DNA of 63,996 nucleotides, counting the filler, from Folioceros fuciformis (lineage: Eukaryota), in NCBI GenBank assembly GCA_049999805.1. It is 4 parts of 3 records of this genome, joined end to end, with 100 filler letters (N's around TTAATTAATTAA, not from the genome) between each part and the next. Parts side by side here need not be neighbours in the genome. Positions count along the whole stretch, not along the records: positions 1 to 15,589 come from JBNGIO010006149.1; 3 more parts are not named here. One strand, given 5' to 3'. A program made the translations under genes and the position numbers. This document shows, piece by piece, positions 1 to 11,714 of this stretch. Each line of letters begins with the position of its first letter. Position 1 is the first letter of the stretch. A model generated the notes under the pieces. The model did no database searches. It saw nothing but the letters and a program-made list of their open reading frames with translations, and was not told the DNA's origin.

Positions 1-2600
1 TATTGGCGATCCGGCCTCCACCCACGCACACCTCGCTTGATCCACTCTGCCTACTGGACCCGCTCTGCCTGGGTCCGCTCCAGCCTCATTCGCGGCAGGC
101 CCGGTGGCATCGCCTACCTGCAGCCTGGATCCTAGCCAGCTCTATGGTAGCTGTCAGCCGCTAATCTGGTCACGACTGGGCCGCGCCAGCTTGCCTCCTG
201 TCTGCCTCAATCCCGTCCAGGCAGTTAGCTTGCTGGCCTGCCTGCTACTTGCTTGCAGCAGGACCAGGCTACCTTCCTGGCGGCCTGCCCAGAGCCAGCT
301 GCCCATCTGGCTGGCTCGATCAGCAGGACCAGGCTACCTTCCTGGCGGCCTGCCCAGAGCCAGTTGCCCATCTGGCTGGCTTGATCCGCCCCCGCCCTGC
401 TGCTGCTTGGCCGCGGACTAGCCATCCTGCTAGACCCAATCCAGGCCAGCCTGCAACACGCTCCAGGCCAGCCCGCCATGGGTCCGACCCGGGCTGGGCT
501 GCTGCTAGGCCCTCCAGCAGCTATTGCCAGCCTGCCGACTGGCCATGGTCCAGCTAGTTGGCCTGGCTGCCTGGATCCATCGTCCCCCAGCCCAGCCTCC
601 TGGTGCCGCCTGCCCAGAGACCGCAACCTAGCCTCCTAGTGCCGCCTGCCCAGAGACCGCAACCCAGCCTCCTGGTGCCGCCTGCCTGGCCTCCAGCAGC
701 CGGGCCTGGCCTGGATCCACTTGTAAGGCCGCCTTCAGCCGGCCCGGGCTAGCTTGCCGGCTAGGCCCTTCAGTAGCCCGCCACCAGCCAGCTTGCCGCC
801 TCGGCCTACCGGCCAGGATTTCCTCTAGCCAACCGGCCTGTGCCCGGCGGCTGCATGGCCGGATCCGCCTACAGGTTTGCCTACCAGCCAGCCTGTAGAC
901 CGATTTGCTACCGGAGCTAGCCATGCCCGCTTGCCAGGATCCACCCCGGCCAGCCACCAGCCCAGTTGCCATCTGCTACTTGGGATCCTGCAGCTAGGCC
1001 GTTGCTTGGCTCCCGGATCTGGCCCCGGCCATCTCGCGAGGGCAGCACCTTGCTCCCGCCTAGTAGGCCTGGCCGCGATCATGCCAGCTACTAGGATGCG
1101 CATCCCCTGTAGCGGCTGGGATCCGGCTTGACAGCCTACCTGGCCTGGATCAGCCCGCAGCCCACCAGCCACCTTGTCCCGACTGGATCCGGCTCGACCT
1201 GCCTGCCGACTTGCACCCTGCTACCATGGATCTACCTCGGCCAGCCGCCAGACCGCCTTCGATCCTTTCCTCGGCCACGCGGCTACCCGGCAACCCGGTC
1301 GAATCCGCCTGCCAGCCCCTGCAAGCCGGCCTACCTGCTAGCAGCCAGACCGGGCTAGGCTAGCCGCTGGTGGTCGGGCTGCCTGCCTTCGCCTGGTGAT
1401 CCCGCCAGGCGCCTTCTTGCCAAACCCCCCCACTTAGCCAATCGCCAGCCACCATGTGGTGGCCTCGCTCTAGCAGCGCCCACCTACACCCTGCCTTGCC
1501 GACCAACCTGGCCGCCCAGACACCAAACGGCTGCCTGCCTAGCCTGGATTCGGATGCCACCTGCCGGCTGCCAGATCCGGCCCCGGCCTCAACAAGCCTA
1601 GATCCGCCCCAGCTGCCTGCGTGCAGCCTGCAGTCGGCTGGCGGGATCTGCCTTGTCCTCCTTTGCCCCGCGGCCAGCCTGCCCGCTACGTCCAGCCGCC
1701 AGTCCTATCCACGCCCGCCAAGATTCAGCGCCGCCCTTGCCCGCCTGTGCTGCCAAACCGAATCCGGCCAGCTAGCCTTCCAGGCCTGCTCCCGGCTTCC
1801 GCTTGATCTGCTAGGTCGCCCGACGGCTCCTTAGCAGCCTGACCGTTGATGGCTAGGCCACCAATTGGGATGCTGTTGGCCCGGCCAGCCACGCAGACCG
1901 CCTTCCTGCTCCAGCTCCGACCAGCCCGGCCACCCAACCAGGCTGCCCACACTCCGCATGGCCAGTCTGGGTTCATCCTGACTGCCTGCCTGCTGCCGAG
2001 CCAGGACGGCTGCTGGCTAAGCTCTTCAGCCGCCGCCTCCATCCAGCGGAACCCCCCTGCGAGAACCCACTGCCAGCCGGCTTGCTCCCGCTGCTGTCGA
2101 CGATGCGGCCAGCCCTCCACCTAGCCATGGTCCAGCCAGTCGGCCTGGCTGCCTGGACCCACAGGCCCGCCTGCGTGCTTGCAGCCGGCACGTTGGCTGC
2201 CCATGCCTGCCTCCCAGATCCGACTAGCCAGCCAGCCTACCCAGCCTAGCTGCCTGGCGTAGCTGATGTTGTTGGTTGTCTGAGACGCTGGGCTGCTGGC
2301 TAGGCTCCTTAGCAGCCCGCTAGACCACCAACTGGCCACCGGCCTGTCATAGACTGCCCCAGCGACCTGCCACAGGCCACCGAGTGCCTTGCCCCCATCT
2401 GGCCTACCTCCACCGCTGCGGGGATGCCAGCCTGCAGCTGGCCAGGCTGCCTGCCTCTTTCAGATTTGATGCACCCATGAAGTCCAGCCACCTCCTGCAT
2501 GGCTGCCTGATCTTAGTATCCTCGGCCCCCAGTGTACCTCGGGTAGAGGCCAGGGCAGGTCTAGGCACCTCCATACCTATCTCCCGCTTCCACCAGCACT
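1..2600. repeat. GC-rich, C-skewed low-complexity degenerate repeat tract (probably transposon internal sequence)
   Basis: Dense recurrences of GCCAGCC/GCCTGCC/GGATCC-type motifs. Local tandem duplications: 65 bp x2 at 256-385 and 36 bp x~3 at 587-687. Overlapping ORFs are all P/A/R/G-rich with no recognisable domain. Confidence 0.6.
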
Positions 2601-2838
2601 AGCTAGAGGGGACCCCAACTCACCTCCCATGACCCGTTCTAGGGTTCCTGTTCCTCTATTACCTTATCCTAAGGTACTGAAGCCCGTGTCCTATCTACCA
2701 CACACCCTCCTAGACCCCATCGACTCACCATTAATCTAGCTACTAATCTAACTTAATCTTCTAACCATTTCACTATAGGATTCACTCAAAGATTCCAAAA
2801 AAAAGAAATCCTACCATTTTCCCTGGACCTGTTTAGCA

Positions 2839-3838
2839 TGTGGAGTCCACAGCCACCAAGGGGGAACAGTTTTAGAGGAAGACTTAGCGGGCGACCATCC
2901 AGTAAGGAAGAGACGACGTCCGCAGATCTTTGAAGATCAGGTATCCTTCAAAGTCTTCGGATAGTTTAAGAGGTGGTAGATACTTGTGGTGGTAGGGTCA
3001 GCAGGTCGTAGGGCCAGCTCATTGGCGACAGGATGTGCTAGGAAAGTCTAAATAAGTGGCTTGTGACAGCCGGCTAGACTAGTGGTCGTATTAAAATAAT
3101 ATTTCTCATGCTAGAGAGAGGTGAAGTCAGAGAGAGAGAGGCTCCTATAAGATCAGGTGAGCCTATAGGAGGCAGGTTGTTACTTTGCGAGTTCTCTCAG
3201 GCTGTCCCTACTTGGATACAGCAGTGTGTGCTGGCTGTGCATGTGTGCATCGTCTGGTAAAGCTTTAAGAAGTGGTGGCCAGGGCGGGGTCCCTTTTAAT
3301 TCTTGATCATGCTCTCAGTATCATGTTCCCATGATCTGTCATTCTCGTTTCCTCGCAGGGCTAGAGTGAGTGCCAACCATGCTTGCATGGTGTCTGGTAG
3401 GATCGTGGGTGGCGGCATGCTTTTCTTTGGGGTTAGTTTAGTGACTCTTGCCGGGTAGGGGGAGTCAATAGGGACGTGTAGGAGGTAGTGCTGACTTTGC
3501 TGATTGCTGGTTACTGATGCTGGAGTGAGTGAAGTGAGTGAGGAAAGTTGTAGATCTGAGAGATTAGTGTCGTTGTAGTGACTGGAGTGAGTTTGTGGGC
3601 ACCGACAGACGTGCAGTTTACCGCTAGATAGCAAGGACTGTCCCACGACTGATCAGAGCTGGAGGGAGCCCTCGAATCCGTCATCGAGTCGATTGAGTCC
3701 GACCCTCCATCCATAGCAGCTAGAAACCCCATCGCTCCTTCGTGGGAACAAAACCCAATGTCTCAACGACAGTGGGATAAATGTGGCTGCTAAAGGTTGA
3801 ACTCGTTGGTAAACAGTGCTCGGGGTGTTGCCACCACA
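2839..3838 (+). mobile_element. LTR-like repeat, family A copy 1 (solo/orphan LTR)
   Basis: Starts TGTGGAG and ends CACCACA. Aligns by eye as the reverse complement of 14324-15510 over both ends. Internal TATA-like CCTATAA near 3144. Flanks TAGCA / GGTCC do not form a TSD. Confidence 0.75.
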
Positions 3839-3850
3839 GGTCCCCTTTGT

Positions 3851-4075
3851 CATTTCACACGACAACATCCTACGAGTGATAAGGCATCAACAATTGCAGG
3901 TCTAGCACCTCCATAGGCAGCGATGGTAGATGGGCCATTCATCATTTCACACCACGAAATCCTTGGAGCAATAGAACGGCAACGAGTGCAAGTCTAATAG
4001 CTTCATGAATAGGCACCGAAGGTAGGCAGGCCCTTCATCATTTCACACCACGACATCCACAGAGTGATAGCAAGG
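3851..4075. repeat. Degenerate ~95-bp tandem repeat x3
   Basis: Core CATTTCACAC(C/G)AC..ATCC recurs at about 3851, 3944 and 4039. Confidence 0.55.
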
Positions 4076-4451
4076 TATGAGAATGATGCCCATGGAAGAT
4101 AATCTCCCTTTGGCCCTCTTCAAGTTGTTTCTCACTCTTTTTTAGGGTAGATAGGATCTCCTATCTCTTTTCATTAAAATATGTAGGTCCAAGGGTCAAA
4201 GTTAGATCTTAGGAATTATATTATTAAAGCAATAGCTATAAATATGAGTGATAAAGCAAAAAAATTAAAAAAAGAAGAAGAAGAAAACATTGCAAGTTGA
4301 AAAGTGGAACTAATTTGCTAACTTATCCTAAATTGCCTAAACTTTTAGACCTAAAAACTTAATTTTAGATATATATTACTATGACATATTTTGATTTTGT
4401 CTAAAGGTACACAAATGTTGATTTGAAATCATTTGATTATCATATGTGAAC

Positions 4452-5729
4452 CTAGTGAATTGGTTCAACATCAAATTGAGAAAAATCAAAATCACAAGTA
4501 TCAAAAGCATTTGGAGGATCTATAAAATAACCGTTTAAAATTATTCTTGAAATTGTTTTATAAAAAGCTTCCGTAGGATGAAGACCATCCCAATTTAAGT
4601 ATTGATTTGGATTGTCGCACATTGTTGCATTTGGTGAACCACACATTGCATTTGGATTAAAGTTATACTTTCCTCCTCCTCCACAACATGCCTTTATCGT
4701 CTCTGTGAAACCATAGTCTCTGTGGTGTCCAGATATATTATATGATGCTCCAAAATAATCTACATAGATAATTCTTGCCGATGGAAGAGAAGAGCGCAAA
4801 ACTTGAATTCCTTGAAGTAGTGCAACGTTATGCATTGTCAATATAAGGTTTAAAGGAACGTAGCAACCATTTGCATCGTACGATTCTGAAGAGTTTTGAG
4901 GCAAGAATGTAAGAAACTCTGCTGAACACCCAATGGGAGGGACATTAAAAACCAAAAACATTCTAGCTCCTATATCATATAAGTCTCTCAAGCGTAGTAC
5001 AATTGCTTCAACCACAGTAGGCACCATCATCATTAATTGTTCTGCTGAGTAATTATGAACACCTATTGCTGCATTATAATCGTTAGCCCCCATACTAACA
5101 ACATATAATCCCTTGGAAAAATGTGATTCATCTGGTACGTATCCTCTCCACATTGATCCATAATTTGATTGACTTTGTGCATCGGCATAGAATTGCTTAA
5201 ACCAATTCACTTGTTGGTGAAGATGAAAAGGAACTACAAAAGAAATATTACTTGCAGTACCTCCAGAACAAGCAAAATTTGCCCCAAATTGTTTTTGTCC
5301 TATATTCTTCAAGTATGGATCCAAGAACGAAAATTTTAAAGCTTGTGCTGCAACAGAAAAACAAAAGCATCCAGACTAAAAGTGAGAAAGCTAACACATA
5401 ACAATAGCATCAAATAATAAAATCTAATCCTAATATAAATTCGTACCTATAAAATCAATTACGAGTCTCCCGTTTGAAAATCGATTTGAAGGTTTGCCAA
5501 AATAAGTTTGTCCATATGGAGACCCTGATGCAGCACGTTGCCATACAAATATTGTTTGAGCATTTCCTACGTCTATTTGTGAATCGCCAAAAGCAAATAG
5601 AGCTGGAAATCGACAATTCGATATATAAGGCGTATTATTGCTAGAATGTGTACCATTGCTAGCTGCTATTAAAAAAAGGCTAGCAAAAACAATTGCTAGC
5701 CCTAACATGAGCCTATATAGATGTTTCAT
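4452..5729 (-). CDS. GDSL-type (SGNH) esterase/lipase, secreted; exons 5729-5447 and 5347-4452
   Basis: Signal peptide MKHLYRLMLGLAIVFASLFLIA. Block I FAFGDSQ, RFSNGRLVIDFI, GANFA, block III GANDY, block V WDGLHPTE. A GT-AG intron at 5446-5348 restores the frame (DFIA|QAF). Confidence 0.93.
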
Positions 5730-6553
5730 TGTGTATAAAGATCTAGCTCTTGAAAAATGAGCCAAACTCAAAATTAAACATTCTTAACTACTTTTCTTCC
5801 TCTTTGCTCATGACAAATTTATCCAGCCAACTTGCGTTTCTGCAAATGATTTGCCTTGGAACGAGGTGGAAGCTTTTTGTAAAAAAAATTGTTGTAAAAC
5901 GAGGGATTCACTGTAGAGCGAGAAAAATGAGTAATTGTTGCTCAAGGATTCAAGTATGTCCTATGAATAGGCATATACTTGCCTATTTATAGGACATTGA
6001 ATGCATTCGTTCTCTTTAGAAACACACCAAACTATTCTTGATTTAGATAATACTATTTATGGTAGTGGATGATATTCACTATATACCTTGTCTTTCTCAA
6101 TTACCATTGCGTGGGATTGATGTCTTAATATGGCATTAAACTTTGGCTTTCCGATTTGATTTTTATCATTTAAGAATTAACTATAAATTTCAAAATATTT
6201 CTAATTTTGATTCATGGAAAATTTAATTTTCTAGTTTCACTAAAAATAGCTTTCGTCAGCTTGTTTAGATATATTATTTCTTAAATGCAAGAACTCTCTT
6301 AAAAAAAAATCTATTTATTCTTATTTTTCGTAAGGGTTCACATTCGCAATACAAGCCACTTGCTTAATTGGGACTAGATCGATAAAGTGTAGCTTTTTTG
6401 GCCTTATAGTGTCTAACCATGTATGTTGAGCTAATAATGATTCTAGCCAAGGGTGCGAGGGCCCTAGCATCTAAGTTAGGTCTTCTAATTTCATCTTGGA
6501 TTATTAGCTTTGCTTCTTACAAGTCTGCAAGATGGATCCTCTTTTTGTGGGCT

Positions 6554-7320
6554 TGGTTGTGTTTGTCCATTTGAGAGTGCGCACTTAGTCCCTTGTTTCA
6601 CACACTTGCATCCTTACACCGTCCTTGGTTGTGTTTGTCCGTTTGAGTGTGTGCACTTAGTCTCGTGTTTCACACACTTGCGTCCTTACACGGTCCACAG
6701 CCTATGTCTCGAATATAGCGACATCACCCACTTTGTCAAATTAATATTCTCTTTTGGTTGTGCAAAAGGTGGTTACAATTGTCATTGAATCACCCGCTCC
6801 AAGGCACGACACCAAGTCACTTGTTGCCGAGAGGCCACGAGACCAAATAATGCCTCTTGCTAGAGGACGGGCCAACGCGCATCGGAACAAAGCTTATCTC
6901 GACAAAACCCTCTCTTTGTGTACCCCTAGGGCCCTATGGCTTTACCAAGGCACACCAAGGACAAAACTTATTTTGACGAGCAATCTCTTCGTGAACACAT
7001 CCCTATGCTTTTGACGANNNNNNNNNNATCCCTATGCTTTTGACGAGCAATCTCTTCGTGAACACATCCCTATGTTTTAGGCACATTGGGGACAAAGCTT
7101 CTTGTGAGAGAACAATCCCTCCTTGTAAAGAGCCCTACCACTTTATGCGCACCGGACACCAGGCTTATTTTGATGAAACCTCCTTTCTTCTACATGGCCC
7201 TTTCCATTTCTTTGCGCACACATGGGGAACAAAGCATATTTTGATGGAACCCTCACTTTACGCGCACACGGGGAAAAAACCTTATTCTGCTGGAACCTCT
7301 TATACACAACGCTATGGCTT
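6554..7320. repeat. Tandem duplication (72 bp x2, 6554-6695) and degenerate array of ACAAAGCTTATTTTGA-type units (6880-7320); possible DNA-transposon subterminal repeats
   Basis: Direct repeats visible in the sequence; the ORFs here have no recognisable domain. Confidence 0.5.
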
Positions 7321-8224
7321 TTCTGGGTCGTGCTCTCTATATTGTTCCAATTTCAAACGGCTTTGCACAACTGTTCTATTAGATATATGTATATGTATTG
7401 AAATATCACGACAGAAAGTCCTCTAAATTCCGGGAAAGTATGATTGATGACGAGATGGGCCGTGCTGTGGCCGGTCCATGGAGGTGAGACCCCTTTCAAA
7501 TTCCCCTTGATCCGGAGACGCACATTTTGCTTTTTTTCGTAGCCAACAGGGCAGATGGCTGTGGCAGGTTCGTCTACGGCGCCGCGGCCATTCTTCTTCT
7601 TCTTCTTTCCCTTGTTGCTGCTTCTCCTGCGTCCGCTTCCCCTCGCAGCGCTTCGCCTCCGGTAACGAACCTGACGGAATCACCTCCCGCGTTGATCCGA
7701 GAATGAAAGTTGCTGCCATGTCTGAATTGGCGTGATGTTGCTGGCGTGTTTTGAAGGAGCTCGTGAGATTCATTTTTTGGGAGTCGGTTGGATGTTTTTT
7801 TTGGAGTGCGTTTAGCGTTTGCAGAGGGGATGTGTTGCGTCCACTGCCCCTAGCAAGCGAGGATGTAATTGAGGATTGAACAGATCCAAGTGGCAGAAAA
7901 TGCAGGTCGCTCTTCACATAATTGTTCGTTCATGTGTCCAGTGCCCGTTTCCACCCAATTCCCACTGAGTTCAGATTCCATCACAGGAGCACTATCCCCA
8001 CCGTGGAGAATGCGCCAAGGGATGGTATCTAGAGAGGACAAAATCGTCGAATGCTTGGGAATTTAGGGGTGAGGGAGCTGGTCAAGCCTCAACAAAATCA
8101 AGCCGGCCCCCTCCGCATTCAGCGGAGACTCGTCTATGGAGGAGGTCAGCTACGGCTGGTTTTAATGAGCTCCTAGAGGCAAAGTGCTGAATCGTGCCCA
8201 TGTTTTTGGACGTGACGTCCCTCC

Positions 8225-10150
8225 TTGAATTGCAATTTGTTTGATGGTGTCGCAGACGAGCAGGAGGAGACAATGGCGCACCACAGAAGTTCTTTCTCCG
8301 TTCAATCAAGACTCCTTGGTGCCCTCCTGGAGGACTATCGAAAGGACAGATGTTGTCACTTGGGCTGTTTTTCTGCGGAAGACATGGAGAAGGAAGAGAC
8401 AATCGCGGAGTTTCCCGCCTGTCATGGATTTAATTTCTCTGGGAGCGAGAAATCAGTCTGTGCTTTCCTTTTTGCATTGTCTGATACCATCCTTGCGATG
8501 CAGCTAGCATCCTGTATCTCTCATGTCCTGGAAGTCGAGGACCCTAAGTCACTCGTGGAAACACCGTGGGGAATACGGCTCGCGACAAAGCTGCTGCGCG
8601 AATGGTATTGTAATGTCCCAGAGTTGCTGCCCGAGCGTGCGTCCCCTCCCTATTTGACTGTGGCAAGACGCGCATCTGGCAAGTAGACGTGCATGAGTGT
8701 TGGATGGAGATGACAAACCAGGGGCAGGGGTGAAGTTCAATGAATTTGGTAGGCTGTGTGAGTATTTCCCTGTTAAGCTTTTGTCTCGGAAGTTTGTGGG
8801 ATACTCTTTCACGGCAGCGTGTGTGCTGCGCGTTGTCAGCTGGTACTTGCTTGAGGACGCTTGCATCAACTCCTGTGTTGAAGTCCCCATGTCCATGCTT
8901 TCCAGTGTGGGCACTCTCTGTTGTTTGCAGCTTGGCATGCAAGGTGGAAACAGCTCGTGGACCTGTGCATCTTAGCCTACCATTTCTTAGCTCCTCTGGT
9001 GGTGAAGCTCAAGGTGTCATCTATAGTGTCTTACGATTCTTCATTGATTACTCTTTACTTATGTTGAGGACTTGTGCGATCATCCAAACACTCAACCGCC
9101 TCTCCCTCGTGTCGATGCAGTCAGTCCTGATTATTTTTTTGGCAAGGTGCTTTTCAGGACAAATGGAGGAGAAGAGGAAGGAATGCTCCTTTCCCTGAGC
9201 AACTGTATGAGATCCACAGTGGCTGAGCCAGTCTTCCGAGGTGTGCTTCTCTGGCGATGTAAATTGTGACAAAGGCATCTCTCCGTTGGAAGCTGCGTTT
9301 GGTTGTCTGAACATTGGGCTTCTGGCAGGGCCTGTACCAAAAGACAATGAAGTATGTATTTCCCAGGACTTGAAGGTAACGTCGGTGAGGCGTGGCTTGT
9401 AAACCCTTGCTTTCTGCCGTGGAGCCATCTGTCTTCTTCTTCTCCATGCACGTTTTTGTCTGTCCTTCACTTGGGCAGGAACTGGTGGATTGGTACGCTG
9501 AAAGCGATGACAGTCTGCACAGCAATAAGTACTTGACCCTCATAGTAGTTCAGGATGTGATTGGGGCTGTGAAATCAAAGTTTCAGGTGAACACGACGCG
9601 AACTATGCCGGTGCATGGCTTTGCCATGGGAGCAGATAACGTTGTCAATCCTCATATGCTGTGTACGTTTGCACCTTGGTCTTTTGCCAAGAATATAATT
9701 GATCTTTCAAGTGAGAGCTAGGTTGGCTTTGATGGGGCGGCAATCGGTGACTTAGCTGCCATAGAAGGCATGGAATGGAACCCAAGACTTCAAGAGTTGA
9801 CAAAAGCGTGTGTAGCTCTCAGTACCAGCATACCTCAAGGCTGCCACCGGTGGCCTTCCATCACAAGATAGACATGTGAAAGATGCTCTTCTGTTTGCCA
9901 TGGGAGCTATTCGCGGTCGTCCGTCATTTTTTGCTGGACTCCTACCCAACCAGCTTGGGAGAGGACTATGTCATGCTTGGAGCAGCATCATGTGAATGAA
10001 CATCTCAAGCTTGTCCAGCGTGCAGATGGCAGATGGAGCAGCTTGGCCAAAATGATTGCTTGGTAGTGAACTTTCGGACCACCAAAAAGCTTCTGTTGCC
10101 GTAGATGGTTTCCTAGCTTTCCTGCGGCTCAAGTGTTTTTGGTCACACTG
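8225..10150 (+). pseudogene. Decayed HEAT-repeat / importin-beta (importin-7/8, SAD2-like) fragments
   Basis: Colinear weak motifs QLASCISHVLEVEDP, ELVDWYAE and RHVKDALLFAMGAI resemble recalled importin-7 motifs (QLGECLKTII..DYP, KDGALLA.GAL). Many stops and frameshifts. Confidence 0.3.
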
Positions 10151-10329
10151 AGCTCTTGTCGGTCTCTTTCCGATGGCGTTGAGGCACAAAGCCAAAATGT
10201 TAAAGAGGAAAGCAGAAAGTGGTCTTGAGATGTTGTCTAGTTGTGCTGCTCTATCATACTAACAAGTTCTTTGATCGAGATTAATGTATGTCCAGGGGTC
10301 TGGATAGAGCTGAACGGGAATTTATTAGT

Positions 10330-11150
10330 CTCTGCCCGTTTTGAACAGTTCTTGAGCTGGTGTGGAGAACATAGTTTTGCAATATCGGGAAAGCTGGCCA
10401 TTGTGGAGAGCAATGTGGAGGGAAAGCGAGAGGTAATTACTGATGACAGCAGGAGAGTGCGAGGAGTTGTTGCTGTTGAGGATATCTCACATGGTGACAC
10501 ATTATCGCCTTTACCTGTGAGGCATCATTCTGTTTGCTTTGCCGGATAGGCAGAATGAGTTTTGGCGAGGTGTGTAAGATGTTTGGTCAGGTCCGGATGT
10601 AGAATTTGTTCCAAGACGTGCCACTGTAATGTAAAACATCAAACTAAGGCTAATTTTGAGAGGGTTGCAGGCGCATTGGCCGTCTGAACCGGCTTGGCAT
10701 GGTAAGCTCGATATAGTTGCCAGACGGCCTTTGAGAAAGGGGGAGCAGCTTTTTGCATCGTTGGGACAAGGGTCAAACGACAATATGTTTCTCTGCCACG
10801 GTGACTGATACTCGTGTTTGCGCAACCGGTCGTTTACGCGGTAGAGGAAATCATTCGTGAGTAGTTCCTGTGGGTTTTTGCTTTTCCAGGTTCTGTGCTT
10901 GAAGATAATCCTCAAGGGACACAGCTCGTCTTTCCCAGTCTTCTGAGGTTGGCACAACATGACACCAGACAAGATGAAAGGAGGCCAGCTCGGTCCTTGG
11001 TAGTCAGAGGGTGGCCGGTCTGCTCCTTGAAGCTCTGAAAAGCGAATGCCACGGCCGTGTCGTGCAAGAGAGCGTAAGGTGGTTTTTGCAGCTTTGGAGT
11101 ACGAGTTACGGACAAGCGCTCAAGAGTCAATCAACCGGCATCGACCACAT
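10330..11150 (+). pseudogene. Decayed SET-domain protein of the Rubisco LSMT / SETD3-4 class
   Basis: FEQFLSWCGEHSF...RGVVAVEDISHGDTLSPLP matches the N-SET pattern. DIVARRPLRKGEQLFASLGQGSNDNMFLCHG at 10710-10802 matches the C-SET GEQ.F.SYG..N pattern. The central NH motif region is missing and the frame is broken. Confidence 0.6.
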
Positions 11151-11714
11151 GCAGCGGGCAACAATGGCACACAATATGGTCAAAGTCAGTCAAACCACAT
11201 GTGGGTAGGCATCGCTGTCGGTTATTCATGACAGAGCAAGGAATGGGTGCACCTTATCAATGACTGGGCAGATTTTGGATTCCAATTTCTGCCATGCAGT
11301 CCGTGTTCCATCAATCTATGAAGAAGCGAAGCCGACAGCACACACGAAGTGAGGGATGCTGTGAGAGCACAGTAGCGATGAGGAGCAATGACAAAAGAGG
11401 CACAACGGTCAAAAGGAGGCTGAGGCAGTGTAACCACGAAAGAGGTACAGCAGAATCGAGGTGTGTCTTTGCACCCCTTAAATGCTATGGAGCACGGTGC
11501 GCACTGTCCTGCAAATCCCGGAGCACATCTATATGTGGTATCCTCCCTAAACTTCAGCTGGTGAATTGCACCGTGATTGAGGGCGTCATCGGCAGCTGGA
11601 AAATCTCCTCCAACACTCCCACTCAGCGTAGATGATGAAATGCGGGAGTGTCAATGCCCAAACCCGCATGAGTCCCGGTCAATGGTTTGCCTCTTGTGAG
11701 GCGCTGGGTTGTCC

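Noticed and set aside
104-2602. Many overlapping 60-130 aa ORFs
   Set aside because: By-product of GC-rich low-complexity sequence; no family motif.
6974-7075. Direct duplication around a 10-N gap (also 33121-33222)
   Set aside because: Typical overlapping contig ends at a scaffolding gap; likely an assembly artefact.
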